64,000 bases of DNA. Origin: Schmidtea polychroa (Eukaryota). The stretch spans positions 139,500,001-139,564,000 of the forward strand of contig CM097885.1 in the NCBI GenBank assembly GCA_044892525.1, read 5' to 3'. How positions within the stretch are numbered: position 1 is the stretch's first letter; the number at the start of each line of letters is the position of its first letter. Both the position numbers and the translations under genes were made by a program. Below are positions 12,555-22,419 of the stretch, piece after piece. The notes under the pieces were generated by a model that searched no databases, was not told the DNA's origin, and saw nothing but the letters and a program-made list of their open reading frames with translations.

Positions 12555-14804
12555 TTAATTAATTTTTGTTTTTTATAATTTATTCTTTCTAGGGACCCCC
12601 CATTGATTTTATTTTATTATATTTGAACTCGTCTCATAATTTGGCATCCGCCCATACCAGTTTCCCCCGAAATTATTCAATTTTTATTTTTTTTGATTAT
12701 TTTAATTAATCTCTTTGTATTTTATTATTATGAATTTGGTGTTTTCATTGATTTTCACCTCAATTTTGTATCTCTTTTATTGAACCCCAACATTACTAAT
12801 GTATTTTTGACCGGCCAGAATTCTAAAATCTTACAATCGCAGAAAACTGTACCTTCTGAGGAAATTTATTTCTTATGGACATGGAAATTTCAAGCAATCC
12901 TATATATGTACGATCATTTTCAAATTCATACTGTCGACAATTACAGGGGTTATCGTCACGATTAACTGGCTTTTCTGACACTCATTAATTATATTCAACA
13001 GGGCCGTCGATGCCAAGCTCTGTGCTACCTCAAATTGTTCCTCTGGACATACCATAAACGATCTCAATCACTGTGGAATACTACTTTTTCGATGATACTA
13101 CGAAACGATTTTTTCGTCATTACCTATATAAAATTCCATAAAATGATGTTCCGAACTGGTCAACTGTCTGTTGGCTATCAGTGTCTTCGGCCAATAGTTC
13201 ACAGACGTATCCAAAGATGGAGGGCAACGTCATGCAAATAGAATGAAAATATATGCTTTATGATTAAAAAAATCTTCTTTGTTATCAATTATTAACTTAT
13301 TGTCAAATAATTAAAAATAAGATGAAGAGAAAACTATGTTCGTTAGAAAATTTTAATTAATATTATAATTAATATTATATTATAGATACAACAAAATACT
13401 AAGTTACATTAAAATCATAAATAAATGAATAAAATTTACATTGATTTCCAAATGGTTGATTTTCAGTTCACAAAGAAAAATTATCTAGTTGTTAAATCTT
13501 GAAATTGTAATTATCGAAGTTCTGCGATAGAAATGGTTATGATATCTCGTCGATCCTGCTAGTTTTGAAATAGTATTTATAAAAATTGTTTAGTTTTGAA
13601 ATAGCATTGAACAATCAATCTCAGACGTGGGTATTTATATTATTTTCGTCGCGCTTTCATCCATTCAGGATTAAGCAATGTTGTATTTTGTTTCTTTTCC
13701 CATTTTATTTAGTTTTTTATTGTTATTTTCCTAATTTTTAATGATTTTACACTTTATTTGCTTTGTTTTATTTTTTCTAAAGCATTTTTATTTTAATCTT
13801 GACGAATGCTCTATTTTGGTGTCTTTTCTTGTTTTTTATTGCTTATTAATTTTCTCCTTATTTCCTTTGAATTATTATGTTACTACAAATTTTTATTTTC
13901 TATTATCTAATTAGTTATTTTTAATTTTTTCATCATCCGATTAATTATTTTTTTTTAAATTTTTTCCCATCATCTGGTTGACTTTGCAATGCTACACTTG
14001 ATGCTTAAGAAAACATGAAAATGTTATACTCCAGACAAGAAAGAAATTAAAGAAGATTAAACAATATATTATTTTTGAATTTTTCACAAACGTATTTCTC
14101 ATGGCCCAACATATAGAATATAAATACAAAATATGGATTAAACAAAAAAATAACAATAAAACGTGTTAACCCAAAAGCTGTCGCAAATAAGCAGAAGAAT
14201 AGATATCGATTATACAAACCGTCCAAAAATATTTCTAAGACGGCGAATGCAAAACCAACAATGACAGGAAAAAGACAAAGGTTACCGAAAATTTACCACG
14301 ATCGCTTACGACCCAGAAATTTGTAGTAATGCTATACCCTCTGTTATTTTCAACCAAAAACAAGCAAAACAGCTTCACTAGAAAACTGATGGTTTTTTCT
14401 CCAAAATGATCAGGTTTGTTAGGACTTTTACAACTGATTTATCAAATATATGATGATCAGTTTCTGTCTTTTGGAAATGGCTACTGTTAACTTAGTTTGC
14501 CTTGGAGAGATATTATAATGACAAAACAAGTGTGAATTACTTTCTACACAATTTCCGATTTAATTTTGGATCAGTTGACGAATATTTTACCACACTTTTC
14601 TAACTATTGTTTTAATTTTCTAGTTAACTATATATATATATATATATATATACGCGCAACCCCATTATCTTACCAATGTTACACAATAATTACAATAATA
14701 AATTTTTATTGATTAGAATTTCTTGTTCTGTATGACGTCATGTTTCAATTTTAGAACGTTAGTAATTAAAATAAATATTCTTCATTTCATAAATATACTT
14801 ATTC

Positions 14805-14843
14805 TCTTGGGGGTACTACTAAGAAAAAGGTTGAGAACCGCTG
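14805..14843. mobile_element. Possible orphan hAT-type MITE end
   Basis: GGGGGTAC...AAAAAGGTTGAGAACCGCTG resembles the TIR of the MITE at 59218-59712. No partner end was seen. Confidence 0.35.
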
Positions 14844-15593
14844 ATTTAAATGACTTGTCTGGTCGTTGAGTAGTTATAACATCAACTCTAGTAATTGCTT
14901 CCCTCGGTCTATCAAAAATGTGACCTTTTATATTAATTAAATACTTTATAATTACTAATTTTTAATAATTAATTGCAAATTTTAACTATTTCTAATTTTT
15001 TAATTCTTGTTTATAATTTTTTGCCTATTTACAGTAATATTTAATTTCTAAATATAGATTTATTTATTTCTTATTCTATTTCTGGTAATTCTTTTAATAT
15101 GCCTTCTATTTATGGTATTTTAATCTGTACACCGAGGCAAGCCTCAAGAGAGCCAGGCCTAACAAATGTTGCGGGTACACTACTCGGATGACCCCTTTCT
15201 AGTGCAACTTTAGTCTAGAGGATTAATGCCACCTCGATTTCGCCCATCATTTATTTGGTCATCGCCGAGCGGGACCCGTACATAACTTACACTCCAACAT
15301 AGCACCCGTGAATTGCTTCACGTTGGAACTGTGCTATGCCGGCGAGACGCCAGTAAGCAGGTGAGCCAGCTCCTTCGGACTACTCCTTACTGAGGCCTCG
15401 ACTTCCCAACCCTGACTGCCGATAGAAGGACTTACGTCTACTCATTCCGTCGCCCCATCGCAATATTTCTAGCTGAGTTTACCAACTGACTAATGCTCCT
15501 CATAATTTTATGACTCACAATACCATTTACCAATTTCAACTCAACTGTCTTAAGATGAACACAAAGAAAAAAAACGTATGCAGACAAAAATGG

Positions 15594-15599
15594 TTTATT
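15594..15599 (-). terminator. Likely poly(A) signal AATAAA in the 3' LTR
   Basis: Follows the LTR ORF stop and precedes a U/GU-rich tract. Equivalent position in LTRs B and C. Confidence 0.55.
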
Positions 15600-15733
15600 A
15601 TTAAGATTATCACACAAATATATCTAACACCTATACAATAAAGTTCACGACAACGGGAAAAGAGACAAGGTAAAATGTTATCAGACAATGTTCAGGTCAA
15701 TTCAGAGAACGAAGACTTTTTACGGGGAAGTTC

Positions 15734-16484
15734 TCATTTCTCCCACTCCGAGTCTGCCAATAGATCTTCCAAATCGAAAAACTCAGAGGCGTTTTCCTCC
15801 CAGGTAACACCAGCGGCGGAGGTGATTCGCCCTGAGATCACTGATGCTAAATCGATTGCTGTAGGAGGGTTGATGACTTTGATTGGATGATCCGACGATT
15901 GCTGGTTCTGTTTGGCGGTCACGCGTTCCCGCTGTTTCTTTTTGCGTTCGGCTCTCGATAATTGCCGACGCTTCGGCTTCGCTGCCGTTGGATTGGTCGG
16001 GGGTGCTGCAGAGGTAGATGCCATCACAGGTAACGCTTTACTGGTTCCGGTAAAGATGATTTCTGGTTCTTTGGGTGAGAGTTCGGTCTCTACGCACCCA
16101 TGGCAGGACTTTCCGACTGGAGAAGAAGACCCGCCAGAGATATCATGATGCGCTGGGAAAAGATTACTGGATTCATTAATTGGGATCTTCGCGATCTTCC
16201 TTGTAGTTGCTGCCTGGACGTATAATTTGTGCAGCGCCTCCGACTGCTCTTTTATCAGGCTCCTCTGCGCCCGACTCTCGGAAATCAACGCGTCTCTACA
16301 GTGCTCGCTTCGGTGCAGAATTCTTCTGAACCCCCTTCATCTGGGTGGGACTAAACCATGTCCCCTCCAACTCATCTATCCTTCTTTTGTGCTTTCCGAT
16401 TTGGGCCTGGAGCTCTTTGATAATTGAATTCTTGTCGGAGCAAGAAAAACAAGGTCGAAGAACGGTCTTGGAATTTGGCAACAT
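15734..16484 (-). pseudogene. 3' LTR copy of the LTR ORF, frameshifted near 16319
   Basis: GCAGAATTCTTC here versus GCAGCTTCTTC in the 5' LTR splits the ORF into 62-aa and 184-aa pieces. Confidence 0.85.
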
Positions 16485-18884
16485 TTTTGAGTGACTGTGG
16501 AAAAAAATGAAAAATGAAAATAATTAACTCAACGGGAGTGTCACCATCGGACCACCTTCATACTTTATTGATCATAGACAAAAATATGGGTTTACCAGTC
16601 AAGACAAGTTCTACTGTGCGATGGATCCTCCTACCCTTTGGGTCTTAATCATAAGAAGGTAAATCGATCAAACCAGATTTCGCGCCAAGAAAAGAAGATA
16701 TTACCATTAGTGAGAGAAATTCTAGGTCGATGAAAATGATTATTTATTTAATCCGCTTGAAGTCGTTACTTCACGTTTACCGAGAATCGTGTTAAGTTGT
16801 TGACTTCTTCCCCCCGTACGAGTGATTTTGATGGGTGTATCATATACTGGGGTCGAGTGACTATCTATGAAAAAAGGGGGTCCATAATGTCCGTTGATCA
16901 GTTCCTACAGGATAAACGGAAAGTTATTTAATTTCTTTTTTATTATTTATTCATTCTCTCTAATTACTCACATATGTGTTTTACCTGGTTTACATAATAT
17001 TTATTTAATAATATTCGATATTAATGTTAATGATAATCATGTCAAAATGAAATAATTTCTATGCCATTCATGCTAAGATAATAAAGAGAGAATAATCATA
17101 ATTATGATCGGGTTTATCATTAAAAAATATTGTCTTTATGATATCTGAGCACGGTATCAATGTGAGCTAGTAGCCGACCATTCCTGCTAGGTAGATAAGG
17201 AAATGTCAGCCCAGTGGTTGACTATTAATCCGGAGCGGTGAAATCTGATAGCTGTCGGTAGTTTAATTGGCATGTTCGATCTAATTTTACATGAGTAGAT
17301 GCGTGTGTGACTTTGCCTACTGTACTTGGCTACTAGGTAAGTCTGCAACTGGTGACGCATGCAAGGTGCGCTTTCACACACTTAATTATACTACAAATGC
17401 AGGCGTTGAATGTTTGCATGATGGCATTCTCTCAGAATTTTATCCACCGCGTAATCACTCACAATTCTACGGCATATGGTGATGATTTACTAATTCTCAC
17501 CGGATTATTGAAAAAATTATAATTATCTGTATTGCAAATGTTGGATATAGCTTGCTCCAAGGGTGGATTTTTCGTCTTTAATTCCTCAAGCCTAGTTTAT
17601 CAATCTACTCTCTAAGTGCTGGAGGATTTTTTCCTATCCCTGCTGGGTTGCCAACCTCATGAAATACTGGAATTTTATATTTAATTAACAAGATCATCGG
17701 CTAACTTGAAGAAATATATTTTCTTGGTTCGAGTTGGTTGCATTTTTCATTGTTAAATTATTTGATGCCAATAGTTTATGTAATTATGATAATTAATTGT
17801 ATGTAAATTCTTTTATATATAATTCTAAAAATTTATGATAGCGAATCATTTTATGCAATTTAAACTTTTATTTGGAACAAACTCGTTTTTTGTAATTCTG
17901 AATAACTTTTTGGATTAAATCATTTTACATGGTTCTACCATTTATTTACAAGCGGTCATTTCGGGTAATCCTAATACTTGTCTAAAGCAATCTACTTTGA
18001 ACTCCCTTGCAACTATGTCTTTAAGAGAACTTTTAGATGAACGGAATAACAGTTCAGAAGGTCATAGGCTAAAAATCGTCGGAACAGATTCTGAGTGAAA
18101 AGTATGAACATCGAAGATATGTCACAGATAGCCTCACTAAGGTTTGAACAATTCTTGACGCACAACTTACATTGATGATGAAGAAAAAAGTTTTCTTAGC
18201 AAAAACGACATTCGAAAACGATAGTGTGACACCCTCAATCACTGCGCGAATACATCAAAATTCTCCGATTCCTTTATTACATATCTTTGTTTTCAATCAC
18301 TACATGACTATCAATTTTCTGCCACCATTTACCTATAGATTTTAGTCGCACCTTCAGCAATTGGACCCGTGAAGAAGCCCTCACATTTCGGCCCAATCTA
18401 GCTGCGTGATTGAAATACCCTATGTCCACCGGTGGAGCTCCCGAAGGCACCTCACACCATGACATAGAGTATCTCAACGCCACGTTTCTCGCAAGATTGA
18501 ATAGTCTCCAATAATAATTCATAAAAATTAATTCATAAAAGATCAATAATTCTTAACGAGCAAATCATTTATTATTAAGCAAACAATTAATATAAATAGA
18601 GCATTCGAAAATCAAACGAAAAGAAAAACCCTTTTTTTTTTTTTTTTTTTTTTAAATTAAAAATATTATTAAACTATACGCATTACTTAAAAATTCAAAA
18701 TAAGCAATCAAAAATCCTTACCGAATGATTGATACAAGTATGGGCTGAGTCGAAAAGGGTACTATGTCGAATCAGTTAATGCTCGAATATCGTCTAGTTC
18801 TGTAAAAATCTCTTGAATCTTGGAATTGTCCTCGTGAGTTATCGTGCGTTAGTTGCTGGAGTTCTGTTCTGTCGTAGAATAGAT

Positions 18885-18963
18885 TTACCTATTGAGGTGG
18901 TTTGATTAACAGCAAGCTTATTTAAGTTTCACTTACCTATTGAGGTGGTTTGATTAACAGCAA
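18885..18963. repeat. 31-bp direct repeat pair in presumptive U3 (enhancer-like)
   Basis: TTACCTATTGAGGTGGTTTGATTAACAGCAA at 18885 and 18933, and also at 45127 and 45175. Confidence 0.85.
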
Positions 18964-19591
18964 TTGTTATGTTTTTAATGCCTGCTTATATATTAATTTT
19001 TTGTTTGCGCGGACCAATTAGAATTGAGTACCGCTTAATTTTATTAATTTAATTTATTTTCCTTGTTTTTGAGTTATTTCTTCTTATTTTCTTTATTAAA
19101 ATTATGTTTTTATTTATTTTCCTTAATTTTCTTATTATATACTATATTTTCTGTTGTTTTCCGTCATTCTATTGTCCTATTTAATTTTTCTCATCTTTAT
19201 ATTTTTTTGTTTTAATTCTTATTTTCTAATTATTGTTTTTCTTATGTTTTATTCTATTTTATTTGTCAATTTATTTGTTTTTATTTTTTTTTTTTTTTTT
19301 TATTTTATTTTAGTTAAGTTTGCCCTAATTTCCCAACTACCCTTCGACTCAGCCCAACAAATCACTCGGGGACCCATCAAAATTGCGTCCCGCAATTGCA
19401 TAGTTATCTTACTTCATGCATTCATAAAAAGGATATATCGAAACAATTATACTACAATAACAACAACAATTTATTCTAAGATATAGGTCAAATCAAGACC
19501 AAGCAAGTATCACTTAAGGTGATAGTTTGTATATACAATAAAAGTTTCTACATATGATAACACCAATGTTTGAGTTAGAGTTTATGAACTG

Positions 19592-20251
19592 TTAACTATT
19601 TGATGCTTCTGCCGGCGGTTGTTGGTTGGTTTGGGTATTGATGTTGAGATAAGTCTGACTGTAAGAATTCGGCTGGATTGGTTGGTTACTCGGGATTCGA
19701 GGTCGGAATGGGGTTGGGTTAAGATTTGTCAGTGGCACTTCTTGAGGATTTCTGTTCGAGGTTACTCTTATTGATGTCGGGATTCTACATTTATTTCTAA
19801 CTTCGTAAATCTTCATGAGTATTGGTAGACATAGGAGGAGGGTTTCTGCGATCACCACATATATGAGATAATGGGTGTCATTGATTTCGGGAGGTGTTTT
19901 TGGCTTTTCTACAAGATTTTCAAAATTCTCTTGTTGCATTTGTTGTTCCAACTGGTCGAATTGTTGGATTTGTTCGAGGATTTGTTTGTTTATCATTTTA
20001 CAAATGGGATTCTTTTTACACATTGTTTGGATGTTGTTGATGTGTGAACGGGTTGATTGAATGGTTTGGATGATATGGATTTTTACTGTCATAGGGTATG
20101 TGCATTGGCCGGATTCTTGTTTAGGTTCTTGATTTTGATTGCGGTAATCTCGTACGATTTTCGGTTGGGCGTTTACTTGTTTGTTCTCCATCAGAATTAT
20201 CAATACTGTCATTGTTATCATCATCTCGCCTCGCATGATACTATTATACAT
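19592..20251 (-). CDS. Accessory type I membrane protein (signal peptide, Cys/coiled-coil ectodomain, TM, Pro-rich tail)
   Basis: 219-aa intact ORF with hydrophobic MMITMTVLIILM and TM segment YLIYVVIAETLLLCLPILM. Confidence 0.7.
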   Translation of the reverse strand: MYNSIMRGEMMITMTVLIILMENKQVNAQPKIVRDYRNQNQEPKQESGQCTYPMTVKIHIIQTIQSTRSHINNIQTMCKKNPICKMINKQILEQIQQFDQLEQQMQQENFENLVEKPKTPPEINDTHYLIYVVIAETLLLCLPILMKIYEVRNKCRIPTSIRVTSNRNPQEVPLTNLNPTPFRPRIPSNQPIQPNSYSQTYLNINTQTNQQPPAEASNS

Positions 20252-20292
20252 TCATTATGGTTTATTTACAATTGGTTTTAGTGACCCTTAAT

Positions 20293-21057
20293 TTAATGGT
20301 TCTGATTTGGGTTATTTTCGGCGATTCTCATCAAGGTGGATTCTGCTTTAATGACTCTGTGTCTTAACTCGGGCAGCATTTCCAACTGTCTGTTCTTTTC
20401 ACGGGCCTCCCTTTTCATGTGCCTTATCTCCTTTTTCAGTCTTCTAATTTCTTCCCGTTTTTTGTCGAGATTCCTTTTTAGTTCGATTTGTAGGAAATCT
20501 TGTTCATTTTCCTGCGAAAGGTTTCGTTGCTGTTGTTGTTGTTGTTGTTTTCTCTCGATCTCTTGGTATTTGCGAATCCATTTCTTCATTTCCTCACTTT
20601 CTCGTTGTTTTTCCTCCAATTGTCGATTTAATTTATTTATAGTTATTTGGTGTTCTTTCGCCTCTGTTTTCCAATAATCCTGGATCACTTCTTCTGCCTT
20701 GAAGCTTGCCCTCTCTTGCCATAGTTCCTCTGCAATCTTTTCCCAGTTTCTTCCTCGTGTTCGTTGTTCTTGCAACCATTCATTCTTCTCTTCAGCTTCT
20801 CTCTTTATTTCTCCTAACACTTCGCACTCCTTCTTTAGTATTTTAATCATTTTTCGGTCTTCTATATATTTGTTTACTAGTCTCTCGTTTTCGTCCTTCT
20901 CTTCTCGTAACTTGGCCTTTAACGTTTGTGTTTCTGTTGTTTCTGCCTCAATCTCTCCCTCTTCTACGTCGCTCGTAATTTCTATTATTTCCTCGATTTT
21001 CATATCTGTAATATGTACAGTTAATGGTGCGCTATAGTGCGACTTATACATATACAT
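20293..21057 (-). CDS. Accessory coiled-coil protein, 254 aa
   Basis: Intact ORF, E/K/R-rich heptads, same strand and codon style as the polyprotein. Confidence 0.75.
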   Translation of the reverse strand: MYMYKSHYSAPLTVHITDMKIEEIIEITSDVEEGEIEAETTETQTLKAKLREEKDENERLVNKYIEDRKMIKILKKECEVLGEIKREAEEKNEWLQEQRTRGRNWEKIAEELWQERASFKAEEVIQDYWKTEAKEHQITINKLNRQLEEKQRESEEMKKWIRKYQEIERKQQQQQQQRNLSQENEQDFLQIELKRNLDKKREEIRRLKKEIRHMKREAREKNRQLEMLPELRHRVIKAESTLMRIAENNPNQNH

Positions 21058-21170
21058 TTATATAAAATTTTACTAGTTCGGGTTACAGTCCCTTGAATAC
21101 TTTTACAATACTTTAATTTTTTTGTTTGGGATATACGTCCCGATTTTTGTTTTTATCTTTTTATTCACCC

Positions 21171-22226
21171 TTATACGAAGGTTTCCTCCTGTCCCACATA
21201 ACCTTCATCACTATCGACCGCTGGATGCAACTGTATCGCAATAGGGTCATAGGGTAGGTAATATTGGGGGATTTGAGCTCTCAATTCATTAACTTCGTCT
21301 CTTAGAGCTCGAGTGATATTCAGCTCTTCGTCGAGCAGATAAGTGAGATACCTTGTCTCTTCGTCTTTCGCCTCTACTTGTCTATCTAAGGCCTTGATTT
21401 TCTCGTCGCCCTTCCATTTTTCAATTTCTATTTCCAAGTTTTTGATATTTTCGGTATACATTTTCCTCTCGTTTTCTAATTTTCTGTTTTTTCCCGCCAG
21501 GACCATGTTTCTTTGTTCCAACGATCCTTGTAATCCATTAAGGTCTCTTTTCATCTCTTCGACCTGATTTACTAATTCCACAACCCGTCCTGCTTGCTGG
21601 GTTATCATCTCTTCCATTGCGGCATTCTCGTGCTCTCTTATGTCGCATTTTATTGCCAAATGTCGTTCAAACTCCATAGCCTTCATCTGCCATGTTTGGC
21701 TTCGGGCGGCGACCTTTTTCAACCGTTTCAGTTCTTCCTTTATTATTAAATTTTCCTCCCATTTACCCTGTTCGCTCTCATATCCGAGTCTCATGGGCAA
21801 TTCTTTCATCTCTTTTTTCATTTCATTGCTTTGTCTTTTCCATTTTCTCGCTTCTGCCACTAAGTGCATCATTTTCCTTCCTTCTATTTGCTTTTCCGCT
21901 TCGCGCTTGGTGTTCTCATCGGTAAGTCTCTTTCTCGCTTCCTGCACTAGCTGCTTTAAGTAGTGGCTGTGCGCTTCTTGGCGGGTATTTTCTAGTGACG
22001 CCCATTTTGATGCTCTTTTGCATGCTTCTGCTTCCGCTCTTAAGTTGTGTATTAACCATTGGTATTGACTATTCTCATCCTCTCTAGCTTCTTCGATGTG
22101 ATTTCGGGTGAGATTAGTTAGTTGGAACATTACTTTGTTCCATTTTTTGTTATGTTCTCGGGGAATTTGTGTCTTGTTGACATTGGTTGGGGCTATCGCA
22201 GTTTCGGTTAGTTTCTCTTGTGTCAT
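21171..22226 (-). CDS. Accessory coiled-coil protein, 351 aa
   Basis: Intact long ORF predicted to be helical/coiled-coil. Confidence 0.8.
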   Translation of the reverse strand: MTQEKLTETAIAPTNVNKTQIPREHNKKWNKVMFQLTNLTRNHIEEAREDENSQYQWLIHNLRAEAEACKRASKWASLENTRQEAHSHYLKQLVQEARKRLTDENTKREAEKQIEGRKMMHLVAEARKWKRQSNEMKKEMKELPMRLGYESEQGKWEENLIIKEELKRLKKVAARSQTWQMKAMEFERHLAIKCDIREHENAAMEEMITQQAGRVVELVNQVEEMKRDLNGLQGSLEQRNMVLAGKNRKLENERKMYTENIKNLEIEIEKWKGDEKIKALDRQVEAKDEETRYLTYLLDEELNITRALRDEVNELRAQIPQYYLPYDPIAIQLHPAVDSDEGYVGQEETFV

Positions 22227-22419
22227 CTCTAAATCATAGACATCGATTAAGCTTTTTATTGTGAAAAAGGAATTTATTCATTATCTACTGTTTCTTTGGA
22301 AATTTTCGCATCATTTTTGGGTTTTCGTATTTAGGGTTTTCATACTATTATTATATAATATTTTATTGGTTATATACACCGATATATACAGATTATTATA
22401 TACAACATTATTCGATTGG

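Larger units (their letters stand above)
685..14111 (-). mobile_element. Decayed, truncated sister LTR retroelement (family C): gag N-terminus, leader, PBS and 5' LTR
   Basis: Colinear homology to element A: gag remnant (685-1410), leader blocks (1680-2050 vs 39000-39350; 8275-8423 vs 40150-40303), RING pseudogene, PBS at 9500 and LTR starting TGTTG at 9525. The right boundary is uncertain. Confidence 0.8.
9525..14111 (-). repeat. 5' LTR of element C (distal end uncertain: GCCCAACA at 14111, or CCCAACA at 46073 if element A inserted inside it)
   Basis: Starts TGTTG next to the PBS and carries GCCGATAGAAAGG (9751), a minus-strand AATAAA (about 9907) and an LTR ORF homolog. No partner LTR or TSD is available to fix the end. 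Confidence 0.55.
15167..19359 (-). repeat. 3' LTR of element A (4193 bp)
   Basis: TGTTGCGGG...GCCCAACA. Direct repeat of 41407-45597 with roughly 15-20 differences counted by eye. Confidence 0.95.

Noticed and set aside
17187-18546. LTR ORFs of 63-89 aa (and copies at 43426-44785)
   Set aside because: They are short, have no counterpart in LTRs B or C and no motifs. Presence in both LTRs is expected and uninformative.
18632-18653. Poly(T) run as a retroposed poly(A) tail (also 44871-44895)
   Set aside because: There is no canonical poly(A) signal or TSD next to it, and the length varies between LTRs like a simple homopolymer.
19154-19486. 110-aa hydrophobic ORF
   Set aside because: Translation of a T-rich low-complexity tract that crosses the LTR boundary.
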